64,000 bases of DNA. It comes from Planctomycetota bacterium (GTDB lineage Bacteria > Planctomycetota > UBA8742 > UBA2392). The stretch lies in assembly GCA_003576915.1 (NCBI GenBank), contig QEVF01000009.1, forward strand, positions 17,638 to 81,637, written 5' to 3'. Of the stretch, positions 29,654-39,717 are shown piece by piece. A program made the translations under genes and the position numbers. Under the pieces are notes generated by a model that saw nothing but the letters and a program-made list of their open reading frames with translations, ran no database searches and was not told the origin of the DNA. Position 1 is the first letter of the stretch; each line of letters begins with the position of its first letter.

Positions 29654-30487
29654 TCAGCGCCGCACCACGGGCTCAGACCCCAGGAGTTCAAGGGCCAGCA
29701 TGACGTCGGCGTGAACCTTCTTGCGCGTATCCAGCGTGTAGTTGCGCAGCAGATAGGCCGGGTGGTAGGTGCAGACCACGTGGCGGCCCTTGTATTCGAA
29801 GCGCCTGCCACGCAGTTGCCCGATGGGCTCCTGGCTGTTGCACAGCCACTGGGCCGGAAAGCGGCCCACGGCAAGCAGCACACTGGGGTTGATGATCTCA
29901 ATCTGGCGCTCGAGGTAGGGCCGGCACTGCGCGATCTCGTCGGGCTCGGGGTTGCGGTTGTCCGGGGGGCGGCACTTGAGCACGTTGCAGATGTACACGT
30001 CCTCCCGCCTGAGCTTCATGCCTTTTTCAATAATGTCTGTCAGCAGCGCCCCTGCCCGCCCCACAAAGGGCCGCCCCTGCTGGTCTTCGTCCGCGCCCGG
30101 CGCTTCGCCAATGATCATCAGGCGCGAATCCGGGTTGCCCGTTCCGAACACCGTCTGCTTGCGGGTGGCGCAGAGTCGGCAGGCCTCGCACACACGCACG
30201 GCCTCGGCCAACGGGGCAAGCAGGCCAGCGCGTTCGCCGCCAAAGCGCTTGAGCTCCTCCAAAGCCACGCTGGGCGCCATCACGCCGCGCGCGACCAGGG
30301 CGGGAGCCTTCACAGCCGGGGAGGGAGCCTTGGTCGCGGGCAGCGGGGGCGCGGGCGGCGCCGGCGCTTTCCTGGCCGCGGCGCCGGATTTCTTCTTGAG
30401 GCGCACATGGCTCAACCCGCCCGCCTGAAGCAACTCCAGGTGGCCGCGAATCTGCCTTGCCAGATCAGAGCGGGTAGGACGCGCCAT
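29654..30487 (-). CDS. udg: Uracil-DNA glycosylase, family 4
   Basis: Family 4 motif GEAPGADEDQQGRPFVGRAGALL plus the C-terminal HPAYLLRN block. Confidence 0.85.
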   Translation of the reverse strand: MARPTRSDLARQIRGHLELLQAGGLSHVRLKKKSGAAARKAPAPPAPPLPATKAPSPAVKAPALVARGVMAPSVALEELKRFGGERAGLLAPLAEAVRVCEACRLCATRKQTVFGTGNPDSRLMIIGEAPGADEDQQGRPFVGRAGALLTDIIEKGMKLRREDVYICNVLKCRPPDNRNPEPDEIAQCRPYLERQIEIINPSVLLAVGRFPAQWLCNSQEPIGQLRGRRFEYKGRHVVCTYHPAYLLRNYTLDTRKKVHADVMLALELLGSEPVVRR

Positions 30488-30489
30488 GC

Positions 30490-30798
30490 TTAGTGAACGA
30501 GCTTGGGTCCGCCGCCTTCCTTGCCCGGGCCCTTGCCGGGCTCTTCTTCGTGATCGTGAGGCATGGCCTGCAGCAGGCCCGACTGCTGGCCGAGCTGGAC
30601 GGCGACATCCAGGGTCTGCGAGGCGATGGCCAAAATGGCGTCGCAGGGCGTTGCCTGCCCGCCGGGCATGGTCAGGCGCGAGCGGTAAGGCGAAACGGCG
30701 ACGGCCGCGAGCCTCAGGTTGTTGATGGCGGACAAAAAGAGCTCAAGCGCTATGGACGCTGCGTGGTCTTGAGGAGTGATCTTCTGTTCTTCGGCCAT
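30490..30798 (-). CDS. Small hypothetical protein
   Basis: An ORF starting at MAEEQK, tightly packed between nrnA and udg. Confidence 0.4.
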   Translation of the reverse strand: MAEEQKITPQDHAASIALELFLSAINNLRLAAVAVSPYRSRLTMPGGQATPCDAILAIASQTLDVAVQLGQQSGLLQAMPHDHEEEPGKGPGKEGGGPKLVH

Positions 30799-30811
30799 GG
30801 TCTTCTTTCGT

Positions 30812-31855
30812 TCAACAGATGATGGCGCCGCCCGTGCGCCCAAGGGTTTGCGTCAATGCAACTTCGCAGGCCTCAATGATGGCCCGCTCCACCTCAGCCA
30901 CAGGACGACCGGCCACCTGCAGCCCGGCCGCGCGCTTGTGGCCGCCGCCGCCGAATTTCGCGGCGACCTCATTGACCGGCATCTGGCCTTCGCTGCGCAG
31001 CGAGCACTTGAGCAGCAGGGCCTCGATTTCGTGGAACATCAGGCAAACCATGCCCCCGCCCAGGGACTTGGGGATGGTCACCATTTCCGCGGCATCCATG
31101 GCATCGCAACCCGTCTTGAGCAGCATATCGGTGCTGACGCGGGCAATGACGATCCTGCCGTCCAGGCGCGTTTCGAGGGTTTCAGCCACCATGGCCTCAA
31201 GGCGGATGCGCCCCAGTGTCTTGCTGCGATACAGCCGCTGCGTGAGCTCCGAGACCTGCAGCCCGAAGTCCTCGATCAGCGAGGCCACGATGCGAAAGCT
31301 CTCCGGCGTGCTGTTGCTGTGGTTGAAGCGGCCGGTGTCGGTGACAACGGCCACGAACAGGGCCACGGCGGCCGCCTGATTGAGCGCCAGCTTGGCTTCC
31401 TTGAGCACGTGGTACACCACTTCGCCGGTACTGCTCGCATCAGGCAGCACCACGCTGGCGTCGCCAAAGCCGGGATTGTCCACGTGGTGGTCCAGGTTCA
31501 CCACGCGCGTGCCCGGCGCCAGGCGCTCCAGCACGCGCCGGGCACGCGACTGCGCCCCGACGTCAAGAATGACGGCCGTGTCATAGCCCGTCAGCGCAGC
31601 GGGCAGCTTCTCCAGAGGGCTGAGTTCTACGCCGTCCTGCAGGAATTCGTACTTGCCCGAACCGCCGTCCTGAGTCACGGCCAGCACTTCCTTGCCCGCG
31701 GCGCGCAGCGCGTGCACCAGCGTGAACATGCTGCCCACAGCGTCGCCATCCATCAGGGGATGGGCGCCCAGCACCACCCGCCTGGACTGCCGCAGCAATG
31801 CCGCGGCCGCCCGCACCTGGGCGTCCACGGTCTTCTCATGATAGAGGTCTTGCAA
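30812..31855 (-). CDS. nrnA: DHH/DHHA1 phosphoesterase (NrnA-like oligoribonuclease / pAp phosphatase)
   Basis: DGDAVGS, LDHHVDN (DHH) and GGGHKRAAG (DHHA1) motifs. Confidence 0.85.
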   Translation of the reverse strand: MQDLYHEKTVDAQVRAAAALLRQSRRVVLGAHPLMDGDAVGSMFTLVHALRAAGKEVLAVTQDGGSGKYEFLQDGVELSPLEKLPAALTGYDTAVILDVGAQSRARRVLERLAPGTRVVNLDHHVDNPGFGDASVVLPDASSTGEVVYHVLKEAKLALNQAAAVALFVAVVTDTGRFNHSNSTPESFRIVASLIEDFGLQVSELTQRLYRSKTLGRIRLEAMVAETLETRLDGRIVIARVSTDMLLKTGCDAMDAAEMVTIPKSLGGGMVCLMFHEIEALLLKCSLRSEGQMPVNEVAAKFGGGGHKRAAGLQVAGRPVAEVERAIIEACEVALTQTLGRTGGAIIC

Positions 31856-31891
31856 GCCGCGCCTTTCCAGCCCCGGGGTGCCCCACGAAGG

Positions 31892-32755
31892 TTATCGCTT
31901 CACCACGCGGTTGCGCAACAGGCCCACGCCCTCGATTTCGCACTCCACCAAATCGCCGTCCACGAGCTTGCCCACGCCCGCAGGCGTGCCCGTCGCGATC
32001 ACGTCGCCGGCCTCCAGCGTCATGTAGCGCGAAAGCACGGCAATCAGCTTGTCCACGGGATGAATCATGTGCCGGGTGTTCCCGTTCTGCCGCACTTCGC
32101 CGTTGACGCGGCAGGTGATTGCCAGAGCCTGGGGGTCCGCGATGGCATCCGCTGCCGCCAGCCAGGGGCCCATGGGCGTGAAGGTGTCGAAGTTCTTGCA
32201 GCGCAGCCAGGGGTGCTTGTTCTCCCGGTCGGCCTTCTGGAGATGCCGCGCGCTCACGTCGTTGAGCACCGAGTAGCCCGCCACGTAACTCAGGGCCCTT
32301 TCGCGGGGAATGTCCTTGCCGCTGCGCCCGAGAATGACCGCGAGTTCGACTTCGTGATCGACGCGGCTGTCCAGCCAGGCAGGCAGCACGATCTCGCCTT
32401 CGTGGGCAGTCAGGGAACTGGAGATCTTGCCGAACCAGACGGGCTCAGGCGGAGCCGTGGCCCCGAACTCCGCGGCGTGATCCTGATAGTTCTGGACCAG
32501 GGCAATGATCTTCGGCGGACGCTTCAGGGGCAGGCACCAGGTGAAGCCCGCAGGAATCTCCTTGAGGCGCTGGGCCTGGTCAGCCACGGATCTGGCGGCG
32601 TCGGAAAGGCGCCCGGTCTCCACCAGAGTCATGAGCGATTGGGCGCGGTAACGCTCGGCGAGAAACACCGTGGCGTCCAGCAACCGGCCGTCCACCTCGG
32701 CTCCAAGGCCGGGCTGGGCGCCGCGCTCAAAGGCAAACAGCCGGGCGAACTTCAA
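31892..32755 (-). CDS. Fumarylacetoacetate hydrolase (FAH) family protein
   Basis: HEVELAVILG, NDVSAR, and the GDVIATGTPAGVG C-terminal block. Confidence 0.85.
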   Translation of the reverse strand: MKFARLFAFERGAQPGLGAEVDGRLLDATVFLAERYRAQSLMTLVETGRLSDAARSVADQAQRLKEIPAGFTWCLPLKRPPKIIALVQNYQDHAAEFGATAPPEPVWFGKISSSLTAHEGEIVLPAWLDSRVDHEVELAVILGRSGKDIPRERALSYVAGYSVLNDVSARHLQKADRENKHPWLRCKNFDTFTPMGPWLAAADAIADPQALAITCRVNGEVRQNGNTRHMIHPVDKLIAVLSRYMTLEAGDVIATGTPAGVGKLVDGDLVECEIEGVGLLRNRVVKR

Positions 32756-33495
32756 GAATCACCCCCGCCTTCTCCGGCGATCTGCGAGGCGCGCCGGGCC
32801 GCCGCGCGTGTCTGGGGGGCGAAGCACTGGATCAGTTCGGGCTCCCTGCCGCCCAGAACGTCACTCAGCAGCGTCAGGAGCTGCTCGGCAAGTTCGGACT
32901 TCGTGGAAGGCGGAACCTCCTGGATGACGCCCTTGGCGTTGATCACGCGCACGGCCTCGCGGCTGTCGCCGAAGTGGGCCGGGGTGGTCACGACCATGAT
33001 GTCGCAGTTCTTGCGCTGGAGCTTCTCGCGCGCGTACTCGAGCGCGTTGTTCACTTCCAGCGAGAATCCGATCACGTACTGGCCGGGCTGGCGCCGCTTG
33101 CCCATGCGTTTGAGCACGTCAGGATTGCGCAGCAGCCGCAGGGTTATCTTGTCTTTCTTCTTCTTGATCTTGCCGCTCTCGCGCTTCTCCGGCCGGTAGT
33201 CGCTGACGGCGGCAGTGGCGATGAACACATCGCAGTCGCCAAAGCGCTCATCGACCGCGGCGAGCATGTCCTCGGCGCTGATCACAGGCACAAACCGCAC
33301 GCCCGCCGGCGGCGCGAGATGTGTAGGGCCGCACACCACCGTGACCTGCGCGCCCATGCGCTGGGCCACGCGCGCGACCTCCAGCCCCATGCGGCCCGTG
33401 CTCGGGTTGCCTATGAAGCGCACGTCGTCGATGTACTCGTGGGTCGGGCCCGCCGTCACCAGCAGCCTCACTCCCGCAAGGGACTGGCGCGGCAT
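32752..33495 (-). CDS. coaB: Phosphopantothenate-cysteine ligase, stand-alone CoaB domain
   Basis: LLVTAGPTHEYIDDVRFIGNPSTGRMG ... AAVSDYRP. The ATG at 33495 shares its A with the asparaginase TGA (TGATG). An alternative ATG is at 33519. No CoaC flavoprotein domain is present. Confidence 0.8.
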   Translation of the reverse strand: MPRQSLAGVRLLVTAGPTHEYIDDVRFIGNPSTGRMGLEVARVAQRMGAQVTVVCGPTHLAPPAGVRFVPVISAEDMLAAVDERFGDCDVFIATAAVSDYRPEKRESGKIKKKKDKITLRLLRNPDVLKRMGKRRQPGQYVIGFSLEVNNALEYAREKLQRKNCDIMVVTTPAHFGDSREAVRVINAKGVIQEVPPSTKSELAEQLLTLLSDVLGGREPELIQCFAPQTRAAARRASQIAGEGGGDS

Positions 33496-34481
33496 CAGGG
33501 TTCGTGTCTGGCGAGCCATGTCGAGATCTCTTCCTTGTTCATTCCCGCGCCCAAAGCCGCCATCAGCAGCAGCCTGACTTTGTGTCCCGGCAGACCCGGC
33601 GCGAACAGCAGGCCCGCCTCCTTGAGCCGGGCGCCGCCGCCATCGTAGCCGTAGGCGCCGGAAACACGGCCTCCCCAACAGCGGGTGGTCAGCGCCACCA
33701 GCAGGCCGCGTTCAACAGCCCCGGCAGCCGAGCGCGCCATGGCGGGCGGCAGGTTGCCGCGCCCCAGGGCCTCTATCACTATGGCCTTTTCGCCTCGCTC
33801 GACCAGATAGTCAATCATGCGCCCGTCCGTACCTGCGGCGGCAATGACGAGCGCGACGTCATGTTCCAGGCGCGCCGTCTCGATGCGCCGGTAAGAGACT
33901 GGCCCGCGATAAAACAGCACCTCGCCGCCATCGATAATGCCAAGGGGCCCCGTGTCCGGCGACTGGAAGGTGTCCAGCGCCTCGGTGTAGGTCTTGGTGA
34001 CTTCCCAGGCGGCGTTGATGGTCGAATTCATCACCACCATGACCCCCTTGCCGCGGCATTTGGGATGGGCGGCCACCTGACAGGCCTGAAACAGATTGAT
34101 GGGGCCGTCCCAGGACAGCATGGAGCTGGTGCGCATGGCACCCACGAACACCACGGGCTGCTCGTGGCGGTGCAGCAGGTCCACAAGGAAGGCGCTTTCC
34201 TCCAGCGTGTCGGTGCCGTGGGTGATCACGACGCCGTCAAAGCCGTCGCTGCAGGTCTTGTCCACCAGCCGCGCCAGCTCGAACATGCGCGCCGGCGTCA
34301 TGTGCGGGCCGGGCAACTGGCCAAAGTCATGCACCTTGGGCTGGCAGAAGTCCTCCAGGCCGGGCACGTCGCGCAGAATGTCGGCCCCGGCCAGCTTGGG
34401 CACGGCGCCGCGCCCCCCGTCATCAAGCATGGAGATGGTGCCGCCCGTAAAAATCAGCTTGAGTCTGGGAAGATGGGCCAT
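33495..34481 (-). CDS. ansA: L-asparaginase (type I family)
   Basis: IFTGGTISM active-site threonine motif, [10 protein letters not shown], and [10 protein letters not shown]. Confidence 0.85.
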   Translation of the reverse strand: MAHLPRLKLIFTGGTISMLDDGGRGAVPKLAGADILRDVPGLEDFCQPKVHDFGQLPGPHMTPARMFELARLVDKTCSDGFDGVVITHGTDTLEESAFLVDLLHRHEQPVVFVGAMRTSSMLSWDGPINLFQACQVAAHPKCRGKGVMVVMNSTINAAWEVTKTYTEALDTFQSPDTGPLGIIDGGEVLFYRGPVSYRRIETARLEHDVALVIAAAGTDGRMIDYLVERGEKAIVIEALGRGNLPPAMARSAAGAVERGLLVALTTRCWGGRVSGAYGYDGGGARLKEAGLLFAPGLPGHKVRLLLMAALGAGMNKEEISTWLARHEP

Positions 34482-34570
34482 GGGATGCCGCGCCTTGAGG
34501 GTGCCGCGGGCACTTTAGCGAAGGAAAAGGTAAAAGCTAACGCCGCACTCACGCAACGTTCAAGGTCCAC

Positions 34571-35603
34571 CATGACACGCGTCTCCGACTTCCGCTCCGA
34601 CACCGTGACCCGGCCCACGGCCGAAATGTACGAAGCCATGGCCAGGGCCGAACTGGGTGACGATGTGCTGGGCGACGACCCCACAGTCAACCGCCTGGAG
34701 GCCCTGGCCGCGGACATGCTCGGCAAGGAAGCAGGACTCTTCGTCACCAGCGGCACCCAGGGCAACCAGATCGGCATTGCCCTGCACTGCAAACGCGGCG
34801 ACGAACTGATCTGCGAGTTCGGGGCCCACACCTACAACAATGAAAGCGGCGCCATGGTGGTCATTGCCGGCGCCCAGCCCCGCCCCGTCAAGGGCAAGGC
34901 GGGCGTCATGGATCCGGCGGAAGTCGAAAGCCTGATCCGCCCCACCAACATCCACAATCCGCGCACGGCGCTGATCACGGTGGAGAACACCCATAACGGC
35001 GCGGGCGGCACCATCGTTCCGCTGGAGAACGTTCGCGCTCTGGGCGAAGTCGCCCGCCGCCACAAGCTCAAGTTCCACCTCGACGGGGCGCGCCTCTGGA
35101 ACGCCCATGTTGCCACGGGCATCTCGCTCAAGGACTGGTGCCGGGACTTCGATACGGTGTCTGTCTGCCTGAGCAAGGGCCTGTGCAGCCCCGCGGGAAG
35201 CATTCTCGTGGGCAGCAGGGCCGACATCGAGCGGGGCCGCTACCTGCGCAAGCAGTTGGGCGGCGGCATGCGGCAGGCCGGCATTCTGGCCGCCTGCGGC
35301 CTTGTGAGCCTGACGAAAATGGTCAGCCGCCTCGCAGAAGACCACCGCAACGCCCGGACCCTGGCGCAAGGCCTGGCCAAGCTGCCGGGCGTGACCGTGG
35401 ACCTTGCGACGGTACAGACCAACATCGTGTTCTTCGCCCTGCCCAACCGGGAGAAAGAGCTGCCTCAGCTTCTGGCGCGGCTGTCGGACAAGGGCGTGCT
35501 GGCTCTGGCCCTGGGCGGGCGCGTACGCATGGTCACGCACCACGACGTCAGCCACGAGGATGTCGCTTTGGCGCTCGACGCCTGGAAGTCCGTGATCGGT
35601 TGA
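34571..35603 (+). CDS. ltaE: Low-specificity L-threonine aldolase
   Basis: The ATG at 34571 gives [16 protein letters not shown]...[16 protein letters not shown]...[10 protein letters not shown]...VCLSKGL (PLP lysine). The upstream 355 codons of the 699-aa ORF are antisense to ansA. Confidence 0.85.
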
Positions 35604-35616
35604 CGGGACCCGGAAA

Positions 35617-36423
35617 CTATTCGAGGGCCAGGGAAACGGCCTGCATGCCTTCTCCGCAGACCACGCGCCCGACGTGGCGCTCGCGCAACGCCTGTTCAAG
35701 GGCGGCCACGTAGGTCAGGCCGTAGCCCTCGGGGCCTGCCGCAAGCGTCCGGCCGGCCGCGACGCCGTAGCGCACATCACCCATTCTCGCAAGGCCTCCA
35801 TCTTCAGCTGAGAGCAGCCAGGCGCTGGCACCAGATGTGCCGCGCACATGGAGGTCGAGCTCGCCGGCAAAGGCCCCCACAGCCTCCACGCCCACGGCCA
35901 GGGCGCCGGGGGCCCGGCCGCGCTCCACGAGTCGCACGGCGTTGGCGAGGGCGGCCACGGCACTGGTAGCGCCCGTACTGATCAGCGATGTGCGCCCGCG
36001 CAGGCCAAATCGTATGGCAATCTCGCCCAGAAACATGCTGGGCAGGGTGTACACAAACAGCGCAGGGGAGGCGCCCTGGGGGCCGCCCTTGAGCAGCGTG
36101 TCGTGGTACAGGCCATCGACTTCCAGGCAGCCGAGCATCGAGCCCCCGACCAGGGCCAGATCCTCGGGCCGGGTGATGGATACCTTGGCCAGACACAGCT
36201 CGGCGGCTGCCAGGGCAAGCTTGCAGAGTTCATCCATGCGGCCAAAGCGCGGCGACGGCGTGGCCGAAAAATAGCGGCCCTTGAGCGCAGGAATCCCTTC
36301 GCCTGAGGGCGCCCCGAGTTCAGGCCAGGAGGCCTCGCGCCAAAGCGAAGCGCCGACGCTTGGGCCTCCCTGCACGATGCCCCGGGCCGAGATGCGCGCA
36401 TAGCTCACGAGGCCCACAGTCAT
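35617..36423 (-). CDS. Beta-ketoacyl-synthase-like protein lacking an obvious active-site Cys context (chain-length-factor-like partner)
   Basis: A 268-aa protein with ATGA overlap to the upstream KS stop. It looks thiolase-fold-like but has no C-H-H triad that I can place. Confidence 0.55.
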   Translation of the reverse strand: MTVGLVSYARISARGIVQGGPSVGASLWREASWPELGAPSGEGIPALKGRYFSATPSPRFGRMDELCKLALAAAELCLAKVSITRPEDLALVGGSMLGCLEVDGLYHDTLLKGGPQGASPALFVYTLPSMFLGEIAIRFGLRGRTSLISTGATSAVAALANAVRLVERGRAPGALAVGVEAVGAFAGELDLHVRGTSGASAWLLSAEDGGLARMGDVRYGVAAGRTLAAGPEGYGLTYVAALEQALRERHVGRVVCGEGMQAVSLALE

Positions 36424-37547
36424 GCAACCTCCGGCGGGCCCACCAGCAGGGCCGTGTTCATGCCGCCAAATCCGGAGTTGGTGCTCAGCACCAGGCCCGG
36501 GCCGACATCACGCGGGCGACCACGCACGACATCGAGAGCCGGTTCGTCGGCCGCCTGGCCCGAAAACCCCGCCGTAGGCGGAATGACGCCGCGCCCGGCC
36601 ACCAGGGCGGACACCAGCAGCTCCACCACGCCGGCGGCCCCCAGCGTGTGCCCGATACTGCCTTTGATCGAGAACACGGGCGGAATGCGGCGGCCGAACA
36701 CCCGCTCAAAGGCGTGAGCTTCCATGGCGTCGTTGTAGCGCGTGGCGGTGCCGTGCGCGCAGATGGCCTTGATTCGGCCAGCGTCCTGCCCCTTCAGGCA
36801 GCGTTCGATGGCAAGCGCCAGCCCCAGGCCGTCGCGGGAGGGGCCGCTGATGTGGTTGGCGTCGTTGCTCGCCCCAAAGGACACCAGGCGGCCCAGGGCG
36901 CCGCGCGGGGCCTGCAGGCTCAGGCGCGCGGCGGCCCCGGCCTCCCCCAGCGTCAATCCGTCGCGGGTGGTGTCAAAGGGCCTTGCCCCGGCAAGGGACA
37001 CAGCCTTGAGCGATCCAAAGCCATGCTCGATGAAGAGCGAAAGCGCGTCTGCCCCGATGACCAGGGCCTCGTCGGCGTCGCCATCTTCGAGCATCTCGGC
37101 GGCCTCGATGGCCGCAAAGGAGCCTGAAGCGCAGGCAGTGCTGGTGGCCTGCACGCGGCCCGCAATGCCCAGGCGCCGTGCGAGTTCTGATGCCATTTCG
37201 CTCAGAACAATGCCGGGCTCCAGGGGCTTCACACGCAACGCGCGCTGAAGTTCCCACTGGTCCAACTCGCCCTTGGTGCTGGCAAACACCAAAGCGCAGC
37301 GATCCGACCTTGCACTCCCGGGGCCAAGCTCGCGGGTGCTTTCCAGGGCCAGCGCCATGCAGCGCCGCATGGAAAGCTCGGGGTCGCGCGCGGGAATCTC
37401 GCAGTGGGCCGCGACGTAGGGTCGGCTGCGGCCCGCGGGCTTGAAGGCCACGCGACCCTCCAGCAGGCCGCGCCAGAGCGCCTCCAGGTCGCCCAGAGGC
37501 GTAATGGCGCCGCCTTTCACCACGAAAATGGCCCGCGACGGTTTCAT
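36420..37547 (-). CDS. Beta-ketoacyl-ACP synthase (FabF/KAS II-like)
   Basis: STACASGSFAAIEAA (Cys), HGTATRYND (His) and KGSIGHTLGAAG (His). Confidence 0.85.
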   Translation of the reverse strand: MKPSRAIFVVKGGAITPLGDLEALWRGLLEGRVAFKPAGRSRPYVAAHCEIPARDPELSMRRCMALALESTRELGPGSARSDRCALVFASTKGELDQWELQRALRVKPLEPGIVLSEMASELARRLGIAGRVQATSTACASGSFAAIEAAEMLEDGDADEALVIGADALSLFIEHGFGSLKAVSLAGARPFDTTRDGLTLGEAGAAARLSLQAPRGALGRLVSFGASNDANHISGPSRDGLGLALAIERCLKGQDAGRIKAICAHGTATRYNDAMEAHAFERVFGRRIPPVFSIKGSIGHTLGAAGVVELLVSALVAGRGVIPPTAGFSGQAADEPALDVVRGRPRDVGPGLVLSTNSGFGGMNTALLVGPPEVA

Positions 37548-38032
37548 GCAAAGGGAGAAGGCTGCGCCGCTCCGCCCTTGATTTCACCGCGCAGCCAGGC
37601 CTGGCGCACCTTGTCAAAGAAGGGCGGGAAATTGAGCACCAGTTCGCCCTGCCGGGTGGTCAGCACCTGGGTGGTCTCAGCCGTGGCCAGCAGCGCGCCA
37701 TCTTTGGCGCGCCGCAATTCGTAGCGGGTGACGAGCTTGGGCACCTCGGCATAGTGCATGGCGGCCGTGACGTCCAGCTTGTCGCCGTAGCGCGCGGGCG
37801 CCTTGTACTGAATCTTCAGGTCCACGAGCGGGGCGAAGTAGCCGTGCTCAAGAAAGTCCTCATAGGAAAGTCCGATGCGCGCGCCCAATTCCTGCCGGGC
37901 GTCCTCCAGGTAGGTCACGTAGTTGCCGTGCCAGACGATGCCCAGGGCGTCGGCCTCCTTGAAGCGAACGGTCACTCGCGTCGTGTGAGTCAGGGGGGCC
38001 GGCTGGCCCTCTTGCGGTTTCTTGGCGGTCAT
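37544..38032 (-). CDS. 4HBT/YbgC-like acyl-CoA or acyl-ACP thioesterase
   Basis: VRFKEADALGIVWHGNYVTYLEDAR is the hotdog-fold motif. The stop overlaps the KS start (ATGA). Confidence 0.8.
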   Translation of the reverse strand: MTAKKPQEGQPAPLTHTTRVTVRFKEADALGIVWHGNYVTYLEDARQELGARIGLSYEDFLEHGYFAPLVDLKIQYKAPARYGDKLDVTAAMHYAEVPKLVTRYELRRAKDGALLATAETTQVLTTRQGELVLNFPPFFDKVRQAWLRGEIKGGAAQPSPFA

Positions 38033-38081
38033 GGCGGGAATCTAGCGAAGGGGCCGCGCCCCGGCAGGGGGTAGTGGCGGG

Positions 38082-39653
38082 CTACTTCGTGGCCGGCTTG
38101 TCAAAGTCGTAGCGCCGCGCGTTTTCTTCGCGCACTTCCTCTTTGCCCGCCAGTTTGTAGGCGTCAATCCACGGCGAGAGGTTGTTCACCAGGGCGCGCG
38201 AGGTGCGCCCCCCACCGTGACTCTCGCCCGGCTCGTCATACTGAAAGAACAGGTAGCGGGCGCTGGTGCCGACTTCGTTCACCGTGGCATCGACGGGAAC
38301 CCACCGTCCCAACCAGACCTCGCTCCAGGCGTGATAGCCCCAGAACCCCTCGCTTCCGCCGCTGACATAAACCACGCCGCTGACGTTGCGAGCGGGCAGG
38401 CCTGCTGCCCGCGCCAGGGCCACGAAAAGCGCCGAGTGCTCCGTGCAGTCGCCCTTTTTTTCGTCGAAGGCCTGGCGCGCCGTAGCCGACCCGGAGTTTC
38501 CGGATTCCTTCTTGAGGTAGCGGTAAACGAACCGGCAAAGCGCCTCGGCGGCGGCGCGGCTGTCCTTGGCGCCCTTGACCAGTTCCTGAGCTTTCTTGGC
38601 CAGGACGTCGTCGTGGCTCTCGCATTGGGGCGTGGGTTCAAGCAGGGCTTTGACGGTGTCATCCACCTGGGTCAATGGATAGGCCGGAGCCTTGAAGTCA
38701 GCCCCCAGACGGCGGGACCTGAGACGGGCCGCATAGCCGGTTTCCTTGCCCTTTTCGTAGCGCACGACGTCGTGGTACTCGTTGGTCTCGATGAGCGGGA
38801 GAATTCCGTCGCCGTCGTCCACAGGGAAGCGGAAGTGGATCTCCATGCGCTCGATGTTCTCGTTCTTGCCGGGGACAACGATGTTGGCTTCCATCGAAGT
38901 TTTCAGCGCCGGGACATCCTCCACGGTGAAGGGCTCGGGGATGGCGTCCACCTTCTCCACGAGAATCAGGCCGCCGGACTGAATCCACAGCGGGTTGGCT
39001 TCGAGGTCAAAGAGGGCCTCGCTGCGTTCGCCGCCCTCGATCAGGTGGATAACCATGCCCGTCAGCTTGGCGCCGGTGCGGGTCTTGCGGGTACCTTCAC
39101 CCTGTATCATCCAGGTGGACTGTTCGAGCGCCATGTCGCTGAGGTCAAAGCGGGTGAAGGTAAAGCGCTCACCGGCCTTGAGCTTTCCCTGCGCCTTGAG
39201 CTGCATGAACGCCTGCCGGTCCGAGAGGATGTTGCCGTCGTGCTTGACCTCGAGGCTGGTCTTCTTGCCGCCATTGCTGACAACGACCGCCACACGCTTT
39301 TCCTCGAAAGTGTACTCGCAATCGAGCGTCTGGGCGCCGTCGGTCTTGGACAGCTTGGCGGAAATCTGGCGGAAGTCGCTGTCGAAGATCTCCTCGCTGC
39401 GGCTGCCGATCTCGAATGTCGATTTGTCCCAGCTGCGCTTGATGATCAGGTGCTGCACATCCGTGGTGCGGATGCGCTCGGATTCACCGTCCTTGAAGCG
39501 CTCGACGGTGGACTTCATGTACCCCACGCGGGCATTGCTCATGTAAGCCAGATACAGAAACGTACTGGGCTCGGAGGCCTTGGGGGTCTCCTGCGCCGCG
39601 GCAGACGCATAGGCCAGAAGCAACAACAGCAACGCAGAGCCAAGTCGGCGCAT
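38082..39653 (-). CDS. Secreted transglutaminase-like cysteine protease domain protein
   Basis: Signal peptide MRRLGSALLLLLLAYASAAA. Core: GDCTEHSALFVALARAAGLPARNVSG ... GYHAWSEVWLGRWVPVDAT. Confidence 0.8.
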   Translation of the reverse strand: MRRLGSALLLLLLAYASAAAQETPKASEPSTFLYLAYMSNARVGYMKSTVERFKDGESERIRTTDVQHLIIKRSWDKSTFEIGSRSEEIFDSDFRQISAKLSKTDGAQTLDCEYTFEEKRVAVVVSNGGKKTSLEVKHDGNILSDRQAFMQLKAQGKLKAGERFTFTRFDLSDMALEQSTWMIQGEGTRKTRTGAKLTGMVIHLIEGGERSEALFDLEANPLWIQSGGLILVEKVDAIPEPFTVEDVPALKTSMEANIVVPGKNENIERMEIHFRFPVDDGDGILPLIETNEYHDVVRYEKGKETGYAARLRSRRLGADFKAPAYPLTQVDDTVKALLEPTPQCESHDDVLAKKAQELVKGAKDSRAAAEALCRFVYRYLKKESGNSGSATARQAFDEKKGDCTEHSALFVALARAAGLPARNVSGVVYVSGGSEGFWGYHAWSEVWLGRWVPVDATVNEVGTSARYLFFQYDEPGESHGGGRTSRALVNNLSPWIDAYKLAGKEEVREENARRYDFDKPATK

Positions 39654-39717
39654 GGTCCAAACCCTCCGGTTTCACCCCGGACATGCTAGCGAATCACGCG
39701 CCTGACACTGCGGCAAA

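Noticed and set aside
30776-33199. 807-aa plus-strand ORF
   Set aside because: It runs antisense across nrnA, the FAH gene and coaB, all of which show catalytic motifs.
33504-34570. N-terminal 355 codons of the 699-aa plus-strand ORF
   Set aside because: This part is antisense to ansA. The threonine aldolase homology begins at the ATG at 34571.
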